The notes: generated by a model not told the origin, from the letters alone. A stretch of 26,886 nucleotides of DNA from an uncultured archaeon (GCA_964447495.1 CAYUTF010000042.1:1-26886); one strand, 5' to 3'; numbered from the stretch's first letter, positions 10,556 through 20,890 are shown. Numbers and translations are program-made.

Positions 10556-11749
10556 TTATTGTATTCTACCTTTTAAATTTTTTTCAGAAAAAGGTCCTTT
10601 CTCAGCGATCAACTTTCGAGCGTCATCAACCTTTTCCCAAACATTCCAAAGGAGGACACCCTTAACTCTTCCATCTTTTAAATAATAAACGATACCTTCT
10701 TCATAAGGTTCTTTCCAATCTTCTACAATTTCTAATTTTGCGTTTAAAATTCCAACAGCTTCATAACCTAATTCAAATAAATCAGAGTAAAAATAGGATA
10801 TATGATCATAGACTATTCCATCTCCCGTCATATTTTGACCTGCGACCTCTCCCATCGCAAGAGCATTATCTTCATGTTCCACCCGAATATTTTGTTCAAG
10901 CACGCTATTATAGTTGTATGCTACATCCCCAGCTGCATAAATATCAATATCCTTTGTATTTAGATATCTATTGACCACAATTCCATCATCAATCTTAAGA
11001 TCTGCGGTTTTTGCAAGATCTATATTTGACTTTATGCCTAATCCCGCGATTATGGTATCAAACTCCAATTTTTTACCGCTTTTTGTTTGGACTAAATAAC
11101 CGGTACCTTGCTTTTTAATGCTATTTACCATCTCACCTGGAAAAATCTTAACTCCTTTTTCTTGGTAATATTCATTTAAGAAATGAGTTAAATTTGGGGG
11201 AAATATTAGACCCCCAATTCCATTTTCAAGGAAGATCATGCTGACATCTGATTGTGGTTTGTATATTTTTATTGCCGCAGCTATTTCTGAACCTATAAAA
11301 CCACCTCCGATGACTCCAAATTTAGTGTTTTTATCAACAAGCTCTTTCAATTTCTTATAATCCGAAAGAGTGCGATAATATATAATCCCTGGTTCTTCAA
11401 CATTTGGAATCTTTTTAGGAATTCCACCCGTAGCTATTAGCAATTTGTCATAAGAATAGACATTCTTTTGATCATCATAAACTTTTTTACTAATAGCATC
11501 AATTCTTGTTGCTACCCGATCAAGATGCATTTCTACTCCCACTTCAGCTGTATTCAAATCGATATCTTCAAGGGTTTCTTCTCCTTTCCAAAGAGTTTTG
11601 GATAATGGAGGTCGTGCATAAGGAGGAGAACTTTCACTGCTAATCAGACCAATTCTTCCTTTTTTATCTTCTTTACGTATGCCCCGGGCTGCCGCATCAG
11701 CGGTCATGCCTCCTCCAACAATTAAATATTTATATTTATAGTTTGCCAT
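10556..11749 (-). CDS. FAD/NAD(P)-dependent oxidoreductase, ferredoxin reductase/AIF-like
   Basis: YLIVGGG, PYARPPLSK, LLIATGG, VIGGGFIGSE, IYAAGDVA, RVEH, FYSDL and GVLLWNV. Confidence 0.92.
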   Translation of the reverse strand: MANYKYKYLIVGGGMTADAAARGIRKEDKKGRIGLISSESSPPYARPPLSKTLWKGEETLEDIDLNTAEVGVEMHLDRVATRIDAISKKVYDDQKNVYSYDKLLIATGGIPKKIPNVEEPGIIYYRTLSDYKKLKELVDKNTKFGVIGGGFIGSEIAAAIKIYKPQSDVSMIFLENGIGGLIFPPNLTHFLNEYYQEKGVKIFPGEMVNSIKKQGTGYLVQTKSGKKLEFDTIIAGLGIKSNIDLAKTADLKIDDGIVVNRYLNTKDIDIYAAGDVAYNYNSVLEQNIRVEHEDNALAMGEVAGQNMTGDGIVYDHISYFYSDLFELGYEAVGILNAKLEIVEDWKEPYEEGIVYYLKDGRVKGVLLWNVWEKVDDARKLIAEKGPFSEKNLKGRIQ

Positions 11750-11893
11750 TTATTTCAGCCACCAATCCTTAATTTGTTCTAAATTATATATTTTCAATTT
11801 TTCATTCATTTATTGGGTTTTCATAAATTTATCTTAAAGAAAAAATGTATATTTATCCTTATTTATCTATAGGTTATAAATTATTAACGATTA

Positions 11894-11917
11894 TGCTTTA
11901 CAATATTAAGTAAAGCA
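11894..11917. promoter_or_regulatory. Inverted repeat, candidate transcription-factor operator
   Basis: TGCTTTAC-aatattaa-GTAAAGCA: perfect 8-bp arms in the divergent intergenic region between the oxidoreductase and cofE. Confidence 0.4.
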
Positions 11918-12204
11918 ATGTGTCACTTACTTTTTTTATAAAACTTAAAAAAGGGTTATACTATAAAGATTAAACTAATTAATCTCTTAGTATTTAGCTA
12001 GATTTTTTTTCTCTTATTTCAAAAAGGAAGTGCTATCTAACTATTAAACTCCTAACAGATAACAGTTAGAAATAACATTTATTTTTAAAAATATTTCAAC
12101 AATTACCCACATTTCAAAGTTATGGTAATTAATTTACAAAATTCTTAGAGAAACACGCTATAGATGAAAATTGATTTATATTAAGATTAATTCTTTCAAT
12201 TACG

Positions 12205-12984
12205 ATGGAATTATTTTCGATTAAGTTGCCTCTTATTAAAAAAAATGATCCTTTAATTACAATAATAGTTGAAAAAATAAAGGAAAAAGCTGAAACACTA
12301 AGGGAAGGAGATATCATTGTAATAGCTGAAAAAGTTGTTGCCACATCACAAGGCAGAGTTAGAAATTTATCTGATGTGAAAAATATCTCAAAACGTGCGA
12401 AAGAATTAGCAAATAAATATGATATGGATGAAAGATATGTTCAGTTGATTTTAGATGAAGCATCAATGATCCTGGGGGGAATGAGACACGTAATCTTAGC
12501 CAAAGTAAATGATTTCTTAATTGCGAATGCAGGTATTGATCAATCGAACGCAGGAGTAGGAAGAGTAGTTCTGCTTCCTGAAAATCTTAAGCAAGTTCCT
12601 TGGGATTACTGGAAAGCATTGAAAAAAAAATTCAATATATCAAATCTAGGGGTTATTATCTCAGATTCAAGGGTTCAACCTTTAAGAAAGGGTACAATTG
12701 GTATTGCTATTGCAACTGCTGGGTTTGAACCTATTGAAGATTTGCGGGGGTACCCTGATCTGTTTGGAAGACCTTTAGAAATAACGATGAGAGCTATAGC
12801 AGACGATCTTACAAGTGCGGCACAATTTCTTTTAAGTGAAGCCGCTCAACAAACTCCTGTGGTCATAATTCGAGGGGTTGACGTAAAATTTACCGATAAT
12901 CCTCAGTTTACTCCAGAAATGTCTCCTGAGGAATGTTTGTATATGAATATTTTTTCTAAATATCTTCTGATGAAAAAGGATTAA
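12205..12984 (+). CDS. cofE: Coenzyme F420-0:L-glutamate ligase family (CofE) protein
   Basis: GDIIVIAEKVVATSQGR, ANAGIDQSN, VIISDS, DLRGYPDLFGRPLEIT, ADDL and PVVIIRG. Confidence 0.9.
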   Translation: MELFSIKLPLIKKNDPLITIIVEKIKEKAETLREGDIIVIAEKVVATSQGRVRNLSDVKNISKRAKELANKYDMDERYVQLILDEASMILGGMRHVILAKVNDFLIANAGIDQSNAGVGRVVLLPENLKQVPWDYWKALKKKFNISNLGVIISDSRVQPLRKGTIGIAIATAGFEPIEDLRGYPDLFGRPLEITMRAIADDLTSAAQFLLSEAAQQTPVVIIRGVDVKFTDNPQFTPEMSPEECLYMNIFSKYLLMKKD

Positions 12985-13163
12985 AGATATGGCCTTTATT
13001 TATTTAAATCTTTCATAATTCACATTAATAAGCATAGTATCAATAATGATTCAGAAGCAACCCTTTTTATATAGAAAAAATACTATATGAGGGAGTAAAT
13101 TTTTGAAGAAAATATCTATGACCTTCTCATTTACGTCTAATTTCAATCAATTGACAGTTTTTA

Positions 13164-15728
13164 TCACAAATTTTGCTTTTTAAAAAAATACCTTTTTGTG
13201 ATTTCAGATATTATACCATAACTAATGATAATAATCGCTATTGCTATAATAAAATAACCGTTTAATGGAGTAAATCCGAGAAAGCTATAAAGTAGTGAAT
13301 AAGGTAATATAATAGTAATTATAGCGCTGAGGAGAGAAGTGATTATTAAAGCTTTACTTGGTTTGCTCTTTAATACTTGTTTATGAGTTCGGATTATTAA
13401 AAGGATTAATATCTCGGTTACTATTGAAATTATGAACCACGATGTTCTAAATTGAACCGGACTTGAATTTAAGAAGAATAATAATATAAAAAATGCGAGA
13501 AAATCAAATATTGAGCTAATTAGACCGAATATAATCATAAAATTACGAATAATTTTTATGTCCCATTTTTGAGGTTTTTCAATCATTTCAGTATCGACAC
13601 TATCAGTGGCAATCGTCATAGCAGGGATATCTGAAATAAGATTTGTAAGCAAAATTTGATTTGGAAGCATGGGTAGAAAGGGAAGAAACAATGACGCTCC
13701 CGCCATAGAAAACATATTCCCAAAATTAGCACTTGTTGTTATAAAAATATACTTTAATGTATTAGCAAATGTTTTTCTTCCTTCTTTTACCCCCTCTGAT
13801 AACACATCAAGATCTTTTTCTAATAAAACAATATCTGCCGCCTCTTTTGCTACATCAACAGCATCCTCAACTGAGATTCCAACATCTGCAGCATGGAGAG
13901 CAGAAGCATCATTAATGCCATCGCCCATATATCCTATTACATGACGTCTTTTTTTTAAAGCAAGGATTATTCGTTCCTTCTGATTTGGTTCGATTTCCGC
14001 AAAAATACTGACATCATTAACCACATTCATAAGAGCCTCATTACTCATTTTGCGTATTTCTGATCCCGTAATAACTCGTGAATTAACTAAGTTCAACTGT
14101 TTACTGGTATATAATGCGGCAAATTTATTATCTCCAGTAATAATTTTTAATCGAACACCTAAGGAGGATAATTGAGTTATTGTTTCATTTATTTGTGGTT
14201 TAAGCGGATCAAACATGACAATAAATCCCATAAAAATCATATCTGTTTCCGAATCTCTATCAATAGGTTGTGAAGATTGAATATCTTTATATGCGATACC
14301 TAAAACTCTATAACCTTTTTCATTTAGTTCTTCAAATTTTTGATCAATTTTTTCTCTGATATCTTCAATAGTAATGATTTTTTCTTTAGGAACCTCCACT
14401 TTTGTGCAAATATCGAGAATATTTGCCAAAGCTCCCTTTGTTATCATAATGTTTTTACCATTATGTGAAATTAAGATACTTAAACGCTTCCTAATAAAAC
14501 CATAAGGAACCTCATCTAATTTTTGAAATTCAGAGAGATCAAATTGATGATAATTTCGAATTGCTTCATCGATCGGATTCCTATATCCTGTTTCATAAAA
14601 AGAATTGAGATAAGCATAGAGATGAATCTTTTGGTTTTCATTTCCATAAACATCAATTGTTGAATATACTTGAACATTACCTTCTGTTAAAGTCCCTGTT
14701 TTATCACAACATAAAATATTCATACTTCCAAAATTTTCGATTGAACTAAGACGTTTAACAATAACTTTTTTATTTGCCATTCGTTTTGCTCCACGAGCCA
14801 TTGTGGCACTTATTATAGCTGGCAATAATGAGGGAGTTAGACCCACAGCAAGAGCAAGCGCGAATAAAAATGCCTCAAGGAATGGTCGACTAAAAATTAT
14901 ATTAAATAGGAATATAAATACTAAAAGAGAGATTGTTACTCTCAGCAATAAATAACCAAAGTGCTTTATACCAAGTTCAAAATCAGTTTCTGGGGGTCTC
15001 AATCTTAAATGCTCGTATATTTGTCCAAATAAAGTATTATTAGAAGTATTTACTATGATTGCTTTTGCAGTACCACTAACGATATGAGTCCCCATAAAAA
15101 GAGAGTTTTTTCGCTGATTCAAAGGTGTGTCTATAGGTAATTCTCCGGCAATTTTCTCTACGGCATAGGTTTCTCCAGTTAACGTTGCTTCATTGACATA
15201 GAGATCCTTTGATTCCAAAATCAAGCAATCTCCTGGAACCGCTTTTCCAGCAGATAAGAGAACTATATCTCCGGGGACTACTCCTTCTACAGGAATATCT
15301 TGTTGATTTCCATCACGAAGTATTGTGATAATAGTTTGAACAATAGTCAGTAATTTTTTCATAGCATTTGCTGCTTGATATTCTTGCCAGAAACCAAGAA
15401 GACTGCTTAGTAAAAGAATAATAATAATAATTATTGCATCTGTTGAGTCTCCCAAGAAAATGGATAGTATAGCAGAAAAAAGAAGTAAAAGAATAAGAGG
15501 ACTTTTAAATTGAGAGAATATTAAAAATAGAACATTTGTTTTTTTCTTTTTTTTGAAAATATTTGGCCCATATTGTATTATATTCTCTTTTGCTTGTTCA
15601 GAGGTTAATCCTTGAGATGAGGATTTAAATTTTTCAAATAATTGATTTGGTACTGCGCTCCAAAAAGCAAAATTAGAATCATTTACGAATAAATTTGAAA
15701 CATCCTTTTCTTTTTCATTCATAATCAT
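13164..15728 (-). CDS. mgtA: MgtA-like (P3B) P-type ATPase, probable Mg2+ transporter
   Basis: DKTGTLT phosphorylation site, LTGET, ITKGA, ITGDN, MGDGINDA, ANFGNMFSM and LPFLPMLP. The last two are typical of the MgtA family. Confidence 0.88.
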   Translation of the reverse strand: MIMNEKEKDVSNLFVNDSNFAFWSAVPNQLFEKFKSSSQGLTSEQAKENIIQYGPNIFKKKKKTNVLFLIFSQFKSPLILLLLFSAILSIFLGDSTDAIIIIIILLLSSLLGFWQEYQAANAMKKLLTIVQTIITILRDGNQQDIPVEGVVPGDIVLLSAGKAVPGDCLILESKDLYVNEATLTGETYAVEKIAGELPIDTPLNQRKNSLFMGTHIVSGTAKAIIVNTSNNTLFGQIYEHLRLRPPETDFELGIKHFGYLLLRVTISLLVFIFLFNIIFSRPFLEAFLFALALAVGLTPSLLPAIISATMARGAKRMANKKVIVKRLSSIENFGSMNILCCDKTGTLTEGNVQVYSTIDVYGNENQKIHLYAYLNSFYETGYRNPIDEAIRNYHQFDLSEFQKLDEVPYGFIRKRLSILISHNGKNIMITKGALANILDICTKVEVPKEKIITIEDIREKIDQKFEELNEKGYRVLGIAYKDIQSSQPIDRDSETDMIFMGFIVMFDPLKPQINETITQLSSLGVRLKIITGDNKFAALYTSKQLNLVNSRVITGSEIRKMSNEALMNVVNDVSIFAEIEPNQKERIILALKKRRHVIGYMGDGINDASALHAADVGISVEDAVDVAKEAADIVLLEKDLDVLSEGVKEGRKTFANTLKYIFITTSANFGNMFSMAGASLFLPFLPMLPNQILLTNLISDIPAMTIATDSVDTEMIEKPQKWDIKIIRNFMIIFGLISSIFDFLAFFILLFFLNSSPVQFRTSWFIISIVTEILILLIIRTHKQVLKSKPSKALIITSLLSAIITIILPYSLLYSFLGFTPLNGYFIIAIAIIIISYGIISEITKRYFFKKQNL

Positions 15729-15951
15729 GTTTTAGTTAAAATGCATCATAGGTTGCTTAAATATATTTTAAATTCTCTTTACTTTTATTACTTCAAATAT
15801 AATTAAAAGAGAAGTCAAGATATTTTTTAAACCATGCGAGTTACAAATATTAAAAATGATGTAAATGAACTTCATTTCTTATTATTTTCGAAAAAGGAAT
15901 AAAAAGAAGAAATTAAAAATATAGAGAAAATAGTTGAAGCCATTTTATGAA

Positions 15952-16941
15952 TTAAACTATTTTTAGACGTTGAAACAATCCAGTAATCAATATAGGTAAA
16001 GCAATGGTTGCATCACACCACACAGTGATATATTTTGATTCTAATGAATACTTTCCCCATGATTTACTCTCACTGATAGTACACCCGGATAACCCCCCGT
16101 CATATTCCACTGCTGTTGTAATTCTCACTGAATAGTTATATCCCATAGTCTCAATATTGTCTATTTGGTCTAGTAATGGAAATATTTGTTGAGTCCAGTT
16201 TCTTGGAACTCCACCTCCAATAATGAATGTTCCAGACTCTTCTGATTTTCGAATAATATCAGCAAACTTTAAGACATCACCAAGAATATCTAAATTGAAT
16301 TTATAACCTTCTCTTACTGAATATTTTATCAAATCCAATGCGAATTCGGAATCAGAAAAAGCAGGGACAAAAATTGGCACGTTATACTTAGCAGCAGTAG
16401 AAAGAATGCACCTTTCCTTTACTTTTTCTCCTACTTTTTTCAATAGCTCAGAAGGAGTTATATTTATTTCTTTAGAATTAAAAATTTGATGGATAATATC
16501 TAATAAAAAATTTTCTGCAAGTTTATAATTATCTTCTGGTAAAAAAGTATCATAAATTCGATTAATTCGGTCTTTAAATAAATCATTATCATCAACATTT
16601 GGACTTCCGATATAATGACCACCATTTGAAACAGCATCAACTAAGTCATGTATAGTATTGGCTCCTGTGCTAACGATAACGTTAATGAGATTGTTCTCAA
16701 TTAGAGAACATATAATGTTTCCCATTCCTGCTGGGACTAAAGCTCCAGAGAGAGTCAACACAGTTAGAATTTTATCATCAGATACCATTTTATAAAGAAT
16801 ATCCAGAGCTATTCCCAAGTTTCTACCTTGAAAGCCACAACTTTTTAGAGCCCTTAATAGATCATCTACATTTTTTATTTTCTTTGGATCCAGTGGGGAG
16901 ATTTTTTTTGATAAATAGTCTTCCTTATTATGAGGAGTCAT
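15952..16941 (-). CDS. dys: Deoxyhypusine synthase or DHS-like homospermidine synthase
   Basis: GFQGRNLG, LSGALVPAG, VSTGANTIHD, RIYD, PAFSDSE, IGGGVPRN, DGGLSG...ESKSWGK (active-site Lys) and DATIALP. Confidence 0.9.
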   Translation of the reverse strand: MTPHNKEDYLSKKISPLDPKKIKNVDDLLRALKSCGFQGRNLGIALDILYKMVSDDKILTVLTLSGALVPAGMGNIICSLIENNLINVIVSTGANTIHDLVDAVSNGGHYIGSPNVDDNDLFKDRINRIYDTFLPEDNYKLAENFLLDIIHQIFNSKEINITPSELLKKVGEKVKERCILSTAAKYNVPIFVPAFSDSEFALDLIKYSVREGYKFNLDILGDVLKFADIIRKSEESGTFIIGGGVPRNWTQQIFPLLDQIDNIETMGYNYSVRITTAVEYDGGLSGCTISESKSWGKYSLESKYITVWCDATIALPILITGLFQRLKIV

Positions 16942-17290
16942 AATTAAAAGTATTTTTTAGATTTTTTAAATCAATATAATACTCAATTTATTATAAGGTT
17001 TAATTAATTGAATAAATTGATTTCTATAATTTTTATATGGATTAGATACAGTCTTATTATCCAAATTTAACCTATAATTCAATTTTATGTAATTTTTCTT
17101 ATTGTAGTAGAATTTTCAAGTTAAACATTTGTAAGTAGCCTTTACATAATATTCAATTCAAATTTTAGCCAAAATATAAAGATTTAAAGTTATCTATTAT
17201 TGCTTAATTAATATGAATTGAATATATTTATATAATGCTTTTAGTTATATTATATATAGGTAATTAAAAGAAAAGAATTCATATTGAAAC

Positions 17291-17839
17291 ATGTCACTTG
17301 TACCAAAAAAAGTATTTTTCACTAAAGGTGTAGGATTCCATAAATCTCAGCTAGCAGCTTTTGAAGAAGCTTTAAGAGATGCAGGAATTGAGAAATATAA
17401 TATAGTGAGTGTTTCTTCTATATTACCACCGTATTGTATAGAAGTCTCAAGAGAAGATGGATTAAAACAATTAAGATCAGGACAGATTATCTATTCTGTA
17501 CTAGCTAGGTCTGCCTCAAATGAATTAAACCGTCTTATATGTGCTTCAATTGGAGTTGCGAAGCCCGCAAATAAAGGAAATTATGGATATTTAAGTGAGC
17601 ATCATACTTTTGGCGTAAAACCAGAAAAAACAGGAGAAACTGCTGAGGATCTTGCTGCAGAAATGCTGGCTACAACATTGGGGATTTCTTTCGATCCGGA
17701 TGCTAATTATGATGAAAAAAAAGAAGTATTTTTAATGGATGGGAAAATAGTAGAAACAAAGAATATTACAGCTAGTGCTACAGTTAAAGAAGAGAATGAA
17801 TGGGCCTCTGTTTTAGCTGCAGCTGTCTTTATTGTTTAA
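17291..17839 (+). CDS. pdaD: Pyruvoyl-dependent arginine decarboxylase
   Basis: VPKKVFFTKGVG, FEEALRDAGI, NIVSVSSILP (Ser-Ser autocleavage site), GYLSEHH and AEDLAAEML. Confidence 0.93.
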   Translation: MSLVPKKVFFTKGVGFHKSQLAAFEEALRDAGIEKYNIVSVSSILPPYCIEVSREDGLKQLRSGQIIYSVLARSASNELNRLICASIGVAKPANKGNYGYLSEHHTFGVKPEKTGETAEDLAAEMLATTLGISFDPDANYDEKKEVFLMDGKIVETKNITASATVKEENEWASVLAAAVFIV

Positions 17840-17958
17840 TGATAATATTATCTTTCACTTATTTTATGTAATGTATTTGTAGTGATATTTTTTAGAAATA
17901 CATAATTTAAAGTAAATAAGTAGTTGAATTTTTTAATTATTGTGTTTGAGTCAACAAA

Positions 17959-19260
17959 ATGAGTAATTTACAATATATTACCATAGAAGAAGCTTTAAAA
18001 AAAGGTTCTGGTGAAGTTAACCTTAGAGGATGGGTATATCGAGAAAGAAAATCTAATAAATTTGTTTTTCTAGTGTTAAGAGATGAATCTGATATTATCC
18101 AATGTGTTATATCAAAAGCTAAGAATTCAGACATATTTGAAAAAGCTAAGGACTTAACTATCGAATCTTCAGTTAAAATCACAGGGACATTAAAAAAGGA
18201 TGAACGAGCTCCAACTGGTTATGAAGTTAGTGTTACTAGACTTGAAATTATTCAAATAGCAGAACCCTTTCCTATAACAGAACATCAATCTCAAGAACTC
18301 TTATATGATAATAGGCACTTATGGTTAAGATCAAGAAAGTTGAATGCAATATTGAAGATACGTCATACTATTGTTGGCGCTATTCATGAATTTTTTAGAA
18401 GTCGAGGATATTATGAATTTGACGCTCCCATATTTCAACCTAGCATGTCGGAAGGAGGATCAACATTATTTGAAGTAAAATATTTCGATGACAAGGTGTA
18501 TCTCTCGCAGTCATGGCAACTCTATGCAGAAGCAGGAATCTTTTCATTGGGAAAAATCTATAATATGGGACCCACTTTTAGAGCGGAAAAATCTAAAACG
18601 TCAAGACATTTAGCAGAGTTCTGGATGGCTGAAATGGAAGCTGCTTGGATGAAATTAGATGAAGTTACTCAGGTTGCCAAAGATGAGATAAGATTTATCA
18701 TAAAGAAAGTGTTAGAACAGAATAGAAAGGAACTTGAAATCTTAGAAAGAAAAATAAAAGTATTGGAAAAATACACAAAAGCTGAGTATCCAACAATTAA
18801 ATACGCAGAAGCTTTAGACATACTGAATAATACTTATGGGATGGATGTTCCTTGGGGTAAAGATTTACGAACGAATGAAGAAGCGAAAATTGCAGAGCAT
18901 TTTGAGGTCCCTGTAGTTGTGACTCATTACCCAACTGAAATTATGGGGTTTTATAAACCACCTAGTGAGGAAAATCCTAAAGAAGCATTATGTTTTGATA
19001 TGTTAGCGCCAGAAGGCTATTGTGAAATTATTGGTGGATCTGAAAGAAGTTTATTGGTTGATAATATGATGGAACGATTAAAAGCTGATGGTGAAGATCC
19101 TCAAACATATAATTGGTATTTCGATTTACGACGATATGGAAGTGTTCCTCATTCAGGTTATGGTTTAGGTGTAGAACGTGTAATCTCTTGGATTTGCGGT
19201 ATAGATAATATTAAGGATGCAATTCCCTTCCCGAGAACAATGTTAAGGAAAGCACCTTAA
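17959..19260 (+). CDS. asnS: Asparagine--tRNA ligase
   Basis: OB fold RGWV...FLVLRD; LSQSWQLYAE (Glu, where AspRS has KQ); FRAEKSKTSRHLAEFW; EIIGGSER; WYFDLRRYGSVPHSGYGLGVER. Confidence 0.92.
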   Translation: MSNLQYITIEEALKKGSGEVNLRGWVYRERKSNKFVFLVLRDESDIIQCVISKAKNSDIFEKAKDLTIESSVKITGTLKKDERAPTGYEVSVTRLEIIQIAEPFPITEHQSQELLYDNRHLWLRSRKLNAILKIRHTIVGAIHEFFRSRGYYEFDAPIFQPSMSEGGSTLFEVKYFDDKVYLSQSWQLYAEAGIFSLGKIYNMGPTFRAEKSKTSRHLAEFWMAEMEAAWMKLDEVTQVAKDEIRFIIKKVLEQNRKELEILERKIKVLEKYTKAEYPTIKYAEALDILNNTYGMDVPWGKDLRTNEEAKIAEHFEVPVVVTHYPTEIMGFYKPPSEENPKEALCFDMLAPEGYCEIIGGSERSLLVDNMMERLKADGEDPQTYNWYFDLRRYGSVPHSGYGLGVERVISWICGIDNIKDAIPFPRTMLRKAP

Positions 19261-19410
19261 ACTTATTTTTAATTTTCATTTAGGAAATCTCAAAGCCATG
19301 ATATGTTAAATTTTTATTAAGATTAGATACAAAGAAAATTAGACAAATTTTTTAGAAGTTAATGATTATAATCGTTGACTAATTTAAGAGAATTACACGG
19401 TATACTTTTG

Positions 19411-20889
19411 ATGGAACTCTACGAATATATGGGATATGAACTAATTGAAAAAATAAGAAATAGAGAAATTCGTCTCTATGAGCTTTTGCATTCAGTATTT
19501 GAGAGAATTCATAGCACGGAAAACCTTTTACATTCCTTTGTATGTCTATCTGAAAAAAAAGCACTTATGAAAGCTCAAGAGTATGATTCAAATCTACAAA
19601 AAGGGAAAAAAATAGGGAAACTATTTGGTTTACCTTTTGCTAATAAGGATTTAATAAGTATTAACGATTTTCCCACAACTTGTTGTTCTAATATCTTAAA
19701 AGGATACAAACCACCATATAATGCTCACGTGATTGAGCGCTTATTTCAAGAAGGAGCAATTCATATAGGAAATACGAATATGGATGAATTTGCCATGGGA
19801 AGCTCCACAGAAAACAGCTGTTATGGTCCAACCTATAATCCATGGGATATTACAAGAGTGCCGGGAGGGTCAAGCGGAGGTGCTGCTGCAGCAGTCGCAT
19901 CCGGACAAACAATATTTGCGTTAGGAAGTGATACTGGAGGCAGTGTAAGGTGCCCTGCATCGTTCTGTGGTGTTGTCGGTCTTAAGCCTACTTATGGTAG
20001 AGTATCACGCTATGGTTTAATCGCGTTCGCAAATTCACTTGATCAAATTGGAACTATTACCAAATGTGTTTCTGACTCAGCATTGATGCTTGAAGTTATT
20101 TCAGGAAAAGATTCATTAGATTCCACTTCATTAGATATTAAAGTAGATGATTACACTCAAGAAATTACAAAATCAATAGCAAAAAAGAAAATTGGAATTC
20201 CTAAAGAATTTTTTGGAGAAGGCGTAAGCAATGAAGTAAAAAATAGCGTGCTGAGAGCAATTAAAAAGTTAGAAGGTTTTGGAGCAACTACAATAGAAAT
20301 TAATATCCCTCATCTTGAATATACCGTTGCTACTTATTATTTAATATGTATGAGTGAAGCAAGCTCTAATTTAGCACGATATGATGGATTACGATATGGT
20401 ATTGCAAGTAAAAATTTGGAGGGAGATGTGTATGATTTCATCAAAAGAACAAGAAGTGAAGGTTTTGGAACTGAAGTAAGAAGAAGAATCTTTTTAGGGA
20501 CATATGCATTATCAGCAGGGTACTACGACATGTATTATATTAAAGCTTTGAAGGTTAGAACTCTAATTAAAAATGATTTTCAAAAGGCGTTTAAGAAATG
20601 TGATTGCATTGTTAGTCCAACAATGCCAATTACCGCGTTTAAATTGGGAGAATTATTAGATGATCCTATTCAGATGTATACAACAGACATATTAACTTGC
20701 CCGGTAAATTTAGCGGGGTTACCAGCCCTTTCTCTTCCTTGTGGCTTTGATAGCAATAATATGCCAATTGGATTTCAAATCATTGGAGATTATTTCGATG
20801 AAAAAACCATTTTAAATATAGGATATCAGCTGGAACAAGAGTTGAATATTTATAGGAAAATGCCATTACAACAGAGAGGAGATAACTAA
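19411..20889 (+). CDS. gatA: Asp/Glu-tRNA amidotransferase subunit A
   Basis: Amidase signature ANKD, TNMDEFAMGSSTE, PGGSSGG and GSDTGGSVRCPA; also EASSNLARYDGLRYG and LSAGYYD. ATG at 19411 is preferred over TTG at 19375. Confidence 0.95.
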   Translation: MELYEYMGYELIEKIRNREIRLYELLHSVFERIHSTENLLHSFVCLSEKKALMKAQEYDSNLQKGKKIGKLFGLPFANKDLISINDFPTTCCSNILKGYKPPYNAHVIERLFQEGAIHIGNTNMDEFAMGSSTENSCYGPTYNPWDITRVPGGSSGGAAAAVASGQTIFALGSDTGGSVRCPASFCGVVGLKPTYGRVSRYGLIAFANSLDQIGTITKCVSDSALMLEVISGKDSLDSTSLDIKVDDYTQEITKSIAKKKIGIPKEFFGEGVSNEVKNSVLRAIKKLEGFGATTIEINIPHLEYTVATYYLICMSEASSNLARYDGLRYGIASKNLEGDVYDFIKRTRSEGFGTEVRRRIFLGTYALSAGYYDMYYIKALKVRTLIKNDFQKAFKKCDCIVSPTMPITAFKLGELLDDPIQMYTTDILTCPVNLAGLPALSLPCGFDSNNMPIGFQIIGDYFDEKTILNIGYQLEQELNIYRKMPLQQRGDN

Positions 20890-20890
20890 T

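Noticed and set aside
13085-13132. Possible SECIS-like element (ATGA...AA...GA) between the convergent cofE and mgtA
   Set aside because: The central helix does not pair, and no neighbouring gene has a credible in-frame UGA.
19261-19410. Hidden gatC between asnS and gatA
   Set aside because: Only 150 nt, with no GatC-like translation.
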